Source: Gemmatimonadales bacterium (GTDB taxonomy: Bacteria > Gemmatimonadota > Gemmatimonadetes > Gemmatimonadales > Gemmatimonadaceae). From it: 37,014 bases of DNA. The notes under the pieces were generated by a model. It ran no database searches. It was not told where the DNA came from and was given only the letters and a program-made list of their open reading frames with translations. The stretch's first letter is position 1, and every line of letters begins with the position of its first letter. Shown in pieces: positions 28,204 through 37,014 of this stretch. A program made the position numbers and the translations under genes. Location of the stretch: positions 1 through 37,014 of the forward strand of contig JBDUEH010000001.1 in the NCBI GenBank assembly GCA_040002555.1, read 5' to 3'.

Positions 28204-29223
28204 TTGAAGACGTTAATAACTGGGGGAGCGGGCTTCATCGGCAGCAATGCCGCAGCCCATTATATCCGAAAAGGAAGCGCAGTTGTTATTCTTGACAATT
28301 TGGCCAAGGTTCGCTCGAGAACCAATCTGGAATGGCTGCGTCAAATTGGCAGTTTCACCCACATCCAGGCGGACATCCGTGACGGTGACGCTGTAGACGC
28401 GGCAATGCAAGAGCACGCCGATGCAGACCTTGTTCTTCATCTCGCCGGACAGGTAGCAGTTACAGCCTCCCTCGTAAACCCGAGACATGATTTTGAGGCG
28501 AATGCCCTTGGCACTTTCAACATACTCGAGGCCGTTCGAAAAAATGCGCCTCAAGCAACCCTGATCTACTCTTCCACCAACAAAGTCTACGGGGGAATGG
28601 GAGATATCCCGGTCATTGAAATGCCGGAACGCTATTCATATGACGGTGCGGTTTCCGGAATAGCCGAAACGAGGGGGCTCGATTTTCACTCGCCCTACGG
28701 GTGTTCCAAAGGGGCTGCCGATCAATATGTTCGAGATTATCACCGTATCTTTGGCTTGAAAACGGTCGTGTTCAGACAGTCCTGTATTTACGGGCCTCGC
28801 CAGTTTGGTGTTGAGGATCAGGGGTGGGTCGCATGGTTTACGATTGCAGCCCAGCTTGGCCGACAAATCACAATTTATGGCGACGGCAAGCAGGTGAGGG
28901 ATATCCTGTTCGTGGATGATTTACTGGAGGCGTTCGATTCCGCACATGACCGTATCGATCGGGTAGCGGGACGCGTCTACAACATGGGCGGTGGACCCGA
29001 AAACACGATATCCTTGTGCGAGCTGGTTACAAATCTCGAAGCTCGCCTTGGGAGGAGGATCGATGTTCAATCATCCGATTGGAGAGCAGGCGACCAGCGC
29101 ATTTACGTAAGCGACACGCGTCGTGCGGTCGCTGATCTGGCTTGGCAGCCAACGGTATCCGCAAATGCAGGAATTCAGCGCCTGTTCGACTGGGTGGCTG
29201 AACACGCAGGAGAATTCCACTGA
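28204..29223 (+). CDS. rfbE: NAD-dependent epimerase, CDP-paratose 2-epimerase (RfbE)-like
   Basis: TGGAGFIGS, HLAGQVAVT.S, YSSTNKVYG, SPYGCSKGAADQY, DQGWVAWF, GDGKQVRD, GDQ. Confidence 0.85.
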   Translation: MKTLITGGAGFIGSNAAAHYIRKGSAVVILDNLAKVRSRTNLEWLRQIGSFTHIQADIRDGDAVDAAMQEHADADLVLHLAGQVAVTASLVNPRHDFEANALGTFNILEAVRKNAPQATLIYSSTNKVYGGMGDIPVIEMPERYSYDGAVSGIAETRGLDFHSPYGCSKGAADQYVRDYHRIFGLKTVVFRQSCIYGPRQFGVEDQGWVAWFTIAAQLGRQITIYGDGKQVRDILFVDDLLEAFDSAHDRIDRVAGRVYNMGGGPENTISLCELVTNLEARLGRRIDVQSSDWRAGDQRIYVSDTRRAVADLAWQPTVSANAGIQRLFDWVAEHAGEFH

Positions 29224-30437
29224 CAAGACGTCGCCGGCTCCGCATTCTTCACGTTGGGAAGCACTACCCGCCATTCATGGGAGGGATTGAGACTCATCTC
29301 CGCACGCTCGTTGAGGGCCTTGTAGATCGGACCGATATAGACGTTGTGGTGGCGCATTCAATCCCCGAAACGGTAGTGGAACGCATTGGCGGTGTCCGAG
29401 TGAAACGTCTCAAGAGGCAATTCTCGTTCAGGGGAGCACCGATTTGCCTGGGTTACGGGGCGGCGATCCGTGAGTCTAAGGCGGACATCGTGCACCTTCA
29501 CCTCCCAAATCCCGCCGCAGTCATTGCCTTGTTGTGGAGCCGCTATTCCGGTCCTCTAGTTGTGACTTACCACAGCGATATCGTTCGTCAACGCTTCCTG
29601 GGCAAGCTGTTCGAGCCCGTCTTGCGCATCCTGCTCGCGAGGTGCGATGCAATCATCGCTACCTCCGATGCGTACGCAAGTTCGTCGCCCACACTAAAGG
29701 CTTTTTCATCGAGTTGCAGGGTCATTCCCTACGGCATTGATCTCGCGTTGTTCGTCTCGCCTTTTCCCAACAAAGTGGCCGAGATCCGGACTCGCTACGG
29801 AAAGCGCATTGTGCTAGCGGTTGGGCGCTTAATCTACTATAAAGGCTTTGACATTCTGATTGACGCGATGAAAGAAATTGAAGCGCATCTCGTCATCATC
29901 GGCGATGGGGCGCTAAGGGATTCCCTTTCCAGTCAGGCGAAAGCGCTGGGAATCGCCGATCGTGTCACGTTTCTCGGAGAACTTCAAAATGAAGAGATCG
30001 CTGTGTTTTATCGAGCGGCCGATGTTTTTGTTCTTCCCTCCGTGGCGCGAAGCGAAGCCTTCGGGATTGTCCAGATCGAGGCGATGGCTTCTGGAACTCC
30101 CGTCATCAACACGAGCCTGGACTCAGGAGTGCCCTCGGTGTCACTCGACGGACTGACCGGCCTGACCGTTCCCCCCCGAAGTGTCAAGGCGTTGGCGAGA
30201 GCCATACGTCTTTTGCTGGATAACCCCGACCTCGCGCTGCGCTTCGGCGATGCTGGCGGGCTCCGCGCGAGGGAACGCTACTCTGCCGAAAGAATGTGCG
30301 ACGACACCCTTCGCTTATATTCGGATATTGATTCACGCAGACGGGCGTCAATCCAGGAAGTCTCACTTAGCGACACGACGGCTGGCCGGATTTCACGCAC
30401 TAAAGTGCGGAACACACAGGATAGGTATGCAGTCTGA
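29220..30437 (+). CDS. Glycosyltransferase family 4 (probable CTG start)
   Basis: RILHVGKHYPP lies in frame upstream of ATG 29277; YHSD, GRLIYYKG, SEAFGIVQIEAMA. Confidence 0.9.
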   Translation: MTRRRRLRILHVGKHYPPFMGGIETHLRTLVEGLVDRTDIDVVVAHSIPETVVERIGGVRVKRLKRQFSFRGAPICLGYGAAIRESKADIVHLHLPNPAAVIALLWSRYSGPLVVTYHSDIVRQRFLGKLFEPVLRILLARCDAIIATSDAYASSSPTLKAFSSSCRVIPYGIDLALFVSPFPNKVAEIRTRYGKRIVLAVGRLIYYKGFDILIDAMKEIEAHLVIIGDGALRDSLSSQAKALGIADRVTFLGELQNEEIAVFYRAADVFVLPSVARSEAFGIVQIEAMASGTPVINTSLDSGVPSVSLDGLTGLTVPPRSVKALARAIRLLLDNPDLALRFGDAGGLRARERYSAERMCDDTLRLYSDIDSRRRASIQEVSLSDTTAGRISRTKVRNTQDRYAV

Positions 30438-32877
30438 CGATAAAATGGACACCGTAAAGGGAACTGCTGTCGTTTCAGGCCCTGGCGCGCAGACAGAATC
30501 GGGTGAATCTGATTTTTTCATTGAGACTTCCCCAGAACCTGTATCCCTTCGGGACAGGATTGCGGTTGTTCGCCAGAACTACTGGATTATTCTTGCTGTC
30601 TGCGCCTTCTCCACCGGCTTGGCGGCCTACATTGTGGCGAATACCCCTTCGCTTTATCGCGCCGCCGCTACCGTGCGCTTTAACGATATGCGTTCGAACC
30701 TGACATCTGGCGTTGGAACCGAGTTGGCCGCTCAAATGTCCTGGGCTGTCGATCCGGTAAAGACCCAGATCGAACTACTTACCAGTCGAGCAACGGCAGA
30801 AAAAGCAGTTGATGACGGAAAACTTCAAGCTCAGCCGATCGGGTCGCGCGAAACGCCTGACTGGATACAGAGTTTAGACGCGCACGCACTCCGCAAGCCA
30901 GATACGCTTCGTCTGCTTTTTGGCGATTCAACCTATTCTGCCGTATTTGGCACTACGCGGTCCGCTGCTGGCTACGGGGGACCACTTGATGTTGGCGACG
31001 TTCACCTGACGGTTTTCAAGCGGCCCGCGGTATCGGCGGCAACTGTGCTCGTCGTTCCACGGGTCGATGTAGTTGAGCGTGTTATGTCAGGAATCAAATC
31101 CAAACGGCGTACTGAAACAGACATTGCAGATTTACTGTTCGATGATACGAACCCCGCGTTCGCCCAGCGCGCCATCAATGCTACGGCCAACGCTTTTCAA
31201 GTCCTCAACGCGCTGTCTTCTCAGGAGGCCGCTCGCGCAAGACGCGTTTTTATCGATGCACAGCTCAGGAAAACAGATTCACTCCTGGAAATTCAACGTC
31301 TTCAGTTGAGCGAATTCCGAAGCGCCGCGCAGGCGTTCAGCTCAAAGGACAAGATCGCTTCTGAGCAGACTAGCTTGGCTAACCTTCGCGCGCGACGCGA
31401 CGAAGTTCAGGCAGACAGGCAGGTTTATTCCATTTTGCTCAACCGTGCCCAAGCGGCCATTTCAGCTGGCGATGTGGACGGGTTGCGATCCATAGTGGCA
31501 AGCCCCGGTTTGGCGAGTAGTTCAGCCATTGGAGAACTTTACAGTCAATACGCCAAGATTAGAGGCGTGCGGGACTCGCTTACCACTGGTCCATTTCCGG
31601 TCGCAGCGACTAATCCGGATTTGCTGAGAGCCAACGGGCTACTCGCTTCGACAACCGAGCGCCTGCTTGCCGCCGTCAGGAGCCAGATCGAAACGCTGGA
31701 CGCAAGAATAGGAGCACTCGATGCGATGAGTTCGCGAACCGCCAGTGCTGTCAGTTCGCTACCTCAAACGGAGGCTGAAGAGGCTCGCCTAATCCAGCAA
31801 TCGGAAGGGACCGAGAAAATGGCCGAGCAGTTGCGCGAAGAACAGCAGCGGAGCCGGATATCCGAAGTTGCGCAGGTGGGACAGGTACAGATTGTCGACT
31901 TGGCAAGGCTTCCAGAGTATCCGGTAAATGGTGGTCAATCACGCAAGATCATTTTTGCGGCTTTGCTTGGTCTGGGGCTAGGGGTCGGATTGACGCTCCT
32001 TCTCGATAGCTTTGACACATCACTCCGGCGTATCAGCGATGCCGAAACGTTCCTTCGGTTACCAACCCTCGGTGCGATCCCCGAACTGAGCGGCGCAAAG
32101 CCAAAGGCACGGCGTCTGCGGCTCCCGTCGGCAAGGCTGTCGGATGTCCAGGTGAATCAAGCGCGTTCGATCTCAAATGAACCGGCAACAACAGCCAGCC
32201 TTCGCTATGTCAACCCATCTGCACCCGCGTTCGAATCTTTTAGGGCTCTCCGGACAAGCCTGATATTTTCAAACGCTGTAAAGAGCCTTCGATCTATCGT
32301 CGTTACAAGTGCAGCGGCAGGAGACGGCAAGAGCACCACCTCTACAAACCTTGCCGCTGCCTTTGCCCAGCAAGGTATGCGGGTTCTTATTGTAGACTGT
32401 GACATGCGACGAGGTCGTTTGCACGCTGCCTTTGACGTGCCTCGATCACCGGGGCTGACCGAGGTCATTATCGGGTCGTCATCAGCGGCAGACGCGGTGC
32501 ACCAAACTGTGGTGCCGAACCTTTGGCTGCTAACGGTTGGGCTTCAGCCTCCGAATCCCACGGAGCTACTCGGAAGCGACTCTGTAAGGGCAATACTTAT
32601 GTCGCTAACCAAAGCCTACGACTTGGTAATTATCGACACGCCTCCAGTCCTCGCCGCAGCGGACGCTGCCGTACTTAGCGCGATGGTTGACGGAGTAATA
32701 ATGGTGGTTCGCGTCGGAGTCACCGACCGGCGTGCGGCTAAGCGGTCGCTCGAACGCCTTCAAATCGTCGGGTCGCGAGTTCTGGGAACCGTACTGAACG
32801 ATCCCCAGGAAATTCTGGGAACATCAGAAGACTACTACTATTACCAGTATCGTTATTCGGCCAAAAAGGTCGGCTAA
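30427..32877 (+). CDS. wzc: Wzc polysaccharide co-polymerase / tyrosine autokinase
   Basis: Two TMs flanking a coiled-coil region; Walker A GDGKST, A' IVDCD, Walker B IIDTPP, C-terminal Tyr cluster DYYYYQYRY. Start is ATG 30427 or 30445. Confidence 0.95.
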   Translation: MQSDDKMDTVKGTAVVSGPGAQTESGESDFFIETSPEPVSLRDRIAVVRQNYWIILAVCAFSTGLAAYIVANTPSLYRAAATVRFNDMRSNLTSGVGTELAAQMSWAVDPVKTQIELLTSRATAEKAVDDGKLQAQPIGSRETPDWIQSLDAHALRKPDTLRLLFGDSTYSAVFGTTRSAAGYGGPLDVGDVHLTVFKRPAVSAATVLVVPRVDVVERVMSGIKSKRRTETDIADLLFDDTNPAFAQRAINATANAFQVLNALSSQEAARARRVFIDAQLRKTDSLLEIQRLQLSEFRSAAQAFSSKDKIASEQTSLANLRARRDEVQADRQVYSILLNRAQAAISAGDVDGLRSIVASPGLASSSAIGELYSQYAKIRGVRDSLTTGPFPVAATNPDLLRANGLLASTTERLLAAVRSQIETLDARIGALDAMSSRTASAVSSLPQTEAEEARLIQQSEGTEKMAEQLREEQQRSRISEVAQVGQVQIVDLARLPEYPVNGGQSRKIIFAALLGLGLGVGLTLLLDSFDTSLRRISDAETFLRLPTLGAIPELSGAKPKARRLRLPSARLSDVQVNQARSISNEPATTASLRYVNPSAPAFESFRALRTSLIFSNAVKSLRSIVVTSAAAGDGKSTTSTNLAAAFAQQGMRVLIVDCDMRRGRLHAAFDVPRSPGLTEVIIGSSSAADAVHQTVVPNLWLLTVGLQPPNPTELLGSDSVRAILMSLTKAYDLVIIDTPPVLAAADAAVLSAMVDGVIMVVRVGVTDRRAAKRSLERLQIVGSRVLGTVLNDPQEILGTSEDYYYYQYRYSAKKVG

Positions 32878-32886
32878 CCACTTGGC

Positions 32887-34551
32887 GTGAGATGCCCGGG
32901 CCTGTGGCTAGCAGTCGTACTTGTTACCTGCCCTCTGCGGCTGTCTTCTCAGACAACCGCCGACACAGGCGGACGTAGCGAGGTCTTCACGGGCAGTGTT
33001 TTGGAAAGCTATCTGCGGTACCTGCAGACGCTGGGCAAATCGCCTTCGTATCCGATGTCTGTGCGAGGCTTCTCCCTGCATGAACTCGACTTGATGGCAC
33101 CGCGAGATTCGGCCCACCCGTGGGCGCAGCGTTACTCGCTGAATGCGACTCCCACTCAACAACATCGATGGGATTATGTGAGGCCCACGGCCGAGTTCAC
33201 ATTCAATAGCGCATTTCCCTACGGCAGCAATGACGGCGCTGTGTGGAAAGGAAAAGGGATTACCAGCTCAGTCGTTGCAGGTGTTTCAGCAAGATGGAGC
33301 GGGCTGTCAGTCGTCCTGGCACCAACCCTGTTCCGCGCCGAGAATGCTGCGTTTCCACTGATGAAACACCAGAACACGTCGGAAGGTGAATTTGCCGACG
33401 GTCCGTTTCCGCAGATCATTGATCTGCCCCAACGTTTTGGGGACACGCCCTATCAACGCATCGATTGGGGCGAGAGCACCATCAGATTAGATGCGCATGG
33501 AATGGCGCTCGGAGTCTCGACAGCCAGCGAGTGGTGGGGACCCACGAACGACTTCCCTTTCGTGCTCGGCAACAACGCGGGAGGTTTTCCGCACGTCCTC
33601 TTCGGTACGAGTGAGCCCGTAAACGTCGGCGTGGGCAAGATGCACGGCAGGGTCATCTACGGTCTCATCGATCAATCTGCCTTCTCCCCCGTAACCGGTC
33701 CAACATACGTGACCGATTCACTGAACCTGGGTACGAGGCGTTTTGCCGCGGGTTTGGTCGCAGTGCTTCAGGTTCGCGGAGTGCCCGGCCTCGAAATCGG
33801 GGGCGCCCGTTTTTTCCACGCCGGTTATAAGCGGGGAGGCATTACGGCTCAGCGCTTTAGTCTTCCTTTTCAGCAACTGCTGAAAGGCCGCGTTAACGCG
33901 GTGGTCGATTCGTCGCTGGGGTCACCTGACGCGGGAGAAAATCAGCTTGCGTCCCTGTTTTTCCGATGGAGTCCGCCCGGAAGCGGATCCGATATTTACG
34001 GCGAATTTGGGCGGGACGATCACAGCCAGGATATACGCGACTTTCTTTTCGAGCCAGAGCACGCGTCGGGGTTGAATATCGGCTTCCGTCATGCGTGGAT
34101 GTCCGGTACGAACATCACCGCAGTTCGCGCCGAGGCCTTCGAGTACGGCGAAGCGCGTTCGGAGGGCGACCGTTTTGAAGGGTTCATATACACGCACGCT
34201 TTTCTCCGTCAGGGTCACACTAGTCGCGGGCAACTGCTCGCGGCGGATGTAGGCCCCGGGAGCGGGAGCGCTCAAATCATTGCGCTCGACCGATTTTCAA
34301 CCGTGGGAAGATCTACCCTTTATTTTCGGCGAGTCGTGCAACATGAGAAAAATGGCGAATTGATAGGCATCGAGCCCGGAACAGTGAAAAAACCTGTGGA
34401 TGTATTGAACTCATTGGGTTGGGAGATGAGCCGGTTTGTCGGAAAAGTCGATATCACGGTGAAGGCCGCTCTGACCTTCGATCTCAATCGTTACTTCCTG
34501 AGCGACCAGACAAACGCCACAGTCGGAATCGCTGCTCGCCAGAGCTTCTGA
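32887..34551 (+). CDS. wzi: Capsule assembly Wzi-family outer membrane beta-barrel
   Basis: Signal peptide, WWGP..LGNNA.GFP, ENQLAS..IYGEFGRDD, C-terminal Phe; follows wzc. Confidence 0.8.
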   Translation: MRCPGLWLAVVLVTCPLRLSSQTTADTGGRSEVFTGSVLESYLRYLQTLGKSPSYPMSVRGFSLHELDLMAPRDSAHPWAQRYSLNATPTQQHRWDYVRPTAEFTFNSAFPYGSNDGAVWKGKGITSSVVAGVSARWSGLSVVLAPTLFRAENAAFPLMKHQNTSEGEFADGPFPQIIDLPQRFGDTPYQRIDWGESTIRLDAHGMALGVSTASEWWGPTNDFPFVLGNNAGGFPHVLFGTSEPVNVGVGKMHGRVIYGLIDQSAFSPVTGPTYVTDSLNLGTRRFAAGLVAVLQVRGVPGLEIGGARFFHAGYKRGGITAQRFSLPFQQLLKGRVNAVVDSSLGSPDAGENQLASLFFRWSPPGSGSDIYGEFGRDDHSQDIRDFLFEPEHASGLNIGFRHAWMSGTNITAVRAEAFEYGEARSEGDRFEGFIYTHAFLRQGHTSRGQLLAADVGPGSGSAQIIALDRFSTVGRSTLYFRRVVQHEKNGELIGIEPGTVKKPVDVLNSLGWEMSRFVGKVDITVKAALTFDLNRYFLSDQTNATVGIAARQSF

Positions 34552-34679
34552 TTGTTTCTAAGCCTCAGGCTCAGGCCGGCACCACACAGAAGTGAGCGCC
34601 GCACAAGCAGGCAGTTCAACAACAACCCTGCCGTGGGAGCTCTCGTTGTTAGAGTCAAAGAATTTCGGCGAGAAAAACG

Positions 34680-34845
34680 AAGCCAAATTGTTGACTACGG
34701 CATCGTACGAAGTGGGCAAAACCCTTAGCGACCCAATTCCACTTCAAACTTTTCTCAACGTATTTTTTCCCCGAAGCCCTGAATCGCTGAGTGCCGGCAA
34801 CGGGGTGTCATCGACTGTCCACCCTGCGCCATCTCTGGGACTCAC
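34680..34845 (-). pseudogene. Degenerate GT4 C-terminal remnant
   Basis: Across two frameshifts reads RDGAGWTVD...GLRGKKYVEKSLKWNWVAKGF..YDAVV, similar to RDRGCGWSV...GERGREFVSTEFQWRDVANRF..LYETL of 2129..3214. Confidence 0.5.
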
Positions 34846-34979
34846 TTAGCGGGAAGCCCCGAAAATGGCGGGAGTCGACTGGACCTCGTCCTCAAGTCGT
34901 GCCTGCGTACCAGAGTGCGGCGGCAATGTTATTTGGACCGTTTCGGACCCTGGGGAGCGATGCGGCGGGACAGGTAGCT

Positions 34980-36029
34980 CTACAAAACGCTCGACATGAA
35001 CTTCAGCCGCCCGGCTTCTTTCTGGCCAATGTCGATGTGAACTATGGCCTCGCGGCCAACCCGCTTCCCGTGCCAGTCAGCGCAGAACTGTCGTATGCCG
35101 TCGGCAGACGATGACGCATTGTCTTCGGCGTTCTTGAGCTGAAGCAGGAACGGAACGGGCGCAGGAAAGTCCGTGTCCCTGTAGCCAATCACACACGCGA
35201 TTCCCATCGCAAGGTATTCGCGGACCTTCAGCGGGCACGCTTCGTCCATGCTTTTTCTATGGAGCGCAAGCGTTGCAATGGCCGCATCGCTTTGACCAAG
35301 CACGCTTTCGTACTCGTGTCGAGGCAGTATTCCGTACATCCGCACATTTGCCGGCAATCGCGGAGCTGAATCTGGTCCGACGAGATCGAAGTCGATTTCG
35401 GGAAGGAGCGACGCGAGATCCACGATCTTGTCGATGCCATGCCAGACGGCACGCGGAGCTCCGATGAACACCAACCTGAGGCGTTTACCGCTGGAGGGTG
35501 GCACCGGCCGATATGCGGACAGGTCAATTCCGTTCGCGATGACCTCGGTGGGGCGTCCGAACTCCGCGTAACGCGCCGCGATTTCATGAGTCACAGCCAC
35601 AAATCCCGCCGCACCGCGAAGCGTTTTCCCTCGCACAAGCCGATGGTACCGGTATTGGTACCACGGCAGATACAGTCGATACTCGGGAAGATCGACACTG
35701 TTCAATTCAAGAACTGTCGGCACCTCTCGCATGAGCTCTGACATCGCGGACGACCCGGTGTCGAATCGCGCGTAGACCAGGTCGGGTTTCCAGCGCTTCA
35801 CAGCGCGAGTCAAACCAAAGAGTCGAATTCCGCGCGTTGGCCATCCGGTTTCCAATACGACGGCCTCGGTAACGCCTCGCGCATCAGTCCACACATCGTC
35901 ATCGCGCGAAAGAAGGAACAGAGACGCATCGTGACCGGCGGCGCGCCAATTGGTTACCTGCGCGACCAACTTCTTGAGGACACCGTTTTCCGTCGATGCG
36001 TCGCACCGCGCGACGTAAGCGATCTTCAA
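34980..36029 (-). CDS. Glycosyltransferase family 4
   Basis: GVLKK, IANGID, WHGIDK, EACPLKVREYLAMG. Confidence 0.88.
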   Translation of the reverse strand: MKIAYVARCDASTENGVLKKLVAQVTNWRAAGHDASLFLLSRDDDVWTDARGVTEAVVLETGWPTRGIRLFGLTRAVKRWKPDLVYARFDTGSSAMSELMREVPTVLELNSVDLPEYRLYLPWYQYRYHRLVRGKTLRGAAGFVAVTHEIAARYAEFGRPTEVIANGIDLSAYRPVPPSSGKRLRLVFIGAPRAVWHGIDKIVDLASLLPEIDFDLVGPDSAPRLPANVRMYGILPRHEYESVLGQSDAAIATLALHRKSMDEACPLKVREYLAMGIACVIGYRDTDFPAPVPFLLQLKNAEDNASSSADGIRQFCADWHGKRVGREAIVHIDIGQKEAGRLKFMSSVL

Positions 36030-37014
36030 GTCGCCGAAGGCGCTACTGGCTTCATGTTGCGGCGCGCCACCGCGCGATAGACTCGCCGCGTGTTCCGGTA
36101 CGCCGTGCTGCGGGCCATCCGCGCATAGGACGGAAAATCCCAGAACGATCGGGGCGGCTGATTCATGATTGCATCAAACTCGGACTTTGTCAGCTCGAGT
36201 TTCTTCGTCACGTAGTCGATGTCGGCGCGTTGGAGCTCAGGCGCGTACGGCGCACTCTTCAACTCGTGTAAGGCCGCGTCACGACTCATCTCTCCGCTGC
36301 AGACGAGGCTCGAGAGATGTGCCTTCCGCTTGTCATAGCCGAATTTTGTGGGAAGGATGTAGCCCTGATAAAACCGCGTGTAGATCGATTCGTGATGCTT
36401 TCCGCTGAAATTCTGCCAGCCAAGCTCCCTCTGGATCAGCTCGATCGCTGGCGACTTGGCATAGTCGAGATAGTCGAGCATATCGATGCGAGCAGTTCCC
36501 GCCATGTAGTCCCTCGCGCGGAAAAACCCAAGCCGCGGGAAAGTTTTCAGCCGAACCTTACCGAACTGGCGATGAACCGTCTTGATGTAGAGCCAGTCGA
36601 GGTGGCCCGACGACCACGCAAGCGGCAGATGGCTTTCAGTGCGATGATTGGCGCCGCTGATGATCGTGCGTGCGCCTACCTTCGCGGCAGTCTGAGCGAG
36701 AACCGCCGTAATCGCGTGGTCACTCGGAATTTCGGAGTCGGGGGTGGATGCTCTCAGGAACGCTGTCTGAAGATCGCGGAACTCCTCCCAGTCGAGGACG
36801 TGTGTGATCAGATCGATCTCGAGCCTGGCGACAGCATTCTGGATGTTCTTGACCGCGATCTCTGTATCCCACCCGTTGTCGAGGTGCACCGCGACTGGAC
36901 GCAAACCGAGACTCTTGACCTTGTACGCCAGGAACGTGCTGTCAACGCCACCGCTCAGGCCGATGACACAGTCGTATCGTTTTCCCTTTCCATCCTCGCG
37001 GATGCGCTTGACGG
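36026..37014 (-). CDS. wbpG: N-acetyl sugar amidotransferase (WbpG-like), 5' end outside window
   Basis: Frame is open to the window edge: YDCVIGLSGGVDS (PP-loop), HLDNGW, DHAI, KHHES..TRF, FGYDKRKAHLSSL. Confidence 0.9.
   Translation of the reverse strand, partial: VKRIREDGKGKRYDCVIGLSGGVDSTFLAYKVKSLGLRPVAVHLDNGWDTEIAVKNIQNAVARLEIDLITHVLDWEEFRDLQTAFLRASTPDSEIPSDHAITAVLAQTAAKVGARTIISGANHRTESHLPLAWSSGHLDWLYIKTVHRQFGKVRLKTFPRLGFFRARDYMAGTARIDMLDYLDYAKSPAIELIQRELGWQNFSGKHHESIYTRFYQGYILPTKFGYDKRKAHLSSLVCSGEMSRDAALHELKSAPYAPELQRADIDYVTKKLELTKSEFDAIMNQPPRSFWDFPSYARMARSTAYRNTRRVYRAVARRNMKPVAPSAT

Noticed and set aside
34592-35114. Plus-strand ORFs 34592..34849 and 34791..35114
   Set aside because: No motifs; better explained by a minus-strand GT4 relic and overlap with the GT4 at 34980.
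1-37014. CRISPR arrays, tRNA/rRNA, transposases, integrases
   Set aside because: No periodic repeats, RNA gene signatures or recombinase motifs found by inspection.

Overview
Dense, mosaic bacterial Wzx/Wzy-dependent capsule/exopolysaccharide locus, GC-rich; the gene styles suggest a Gemmatimonadota-like diderm, which is inference only. Core machinery: wzx, wzy, a fused wzc tyrosine kinase, a PHP-type CpsB/CapC phosphatase, wzi, nine apparently intact GT4 glycosyltransferases, gmd and an RfbE-like epimerase. The polymer-tailoring set is unusually large: six SAM methyltransferases (five FkbM-like), a NodU/CmcH carbamoyltransferase, two MBOAT acyltransferases, two SGNH-fold proteins, a WbpG-like N-acetyl-sugar amidotransferase and a GT-C-like membrane protein. 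The standout is a tightly packed triad of an MBOAT, a 62-aa membrane microprotein ending FLYIDF and an SGNH protein (10544-12925). It looks like a DltB/DltX/DltD-style tyrosine-shuttle acylation system embedded in an FkbM methyltransferase operon. The locus also carries many collapsed or frameshifted gene remnants, a probable CTG start codon and a palindromic sigma54-like site. No RNA genes, CRISPR arrays or intact mobile elements were seen. wza and the initiating phosphoglycosyl transferase are not in the window.
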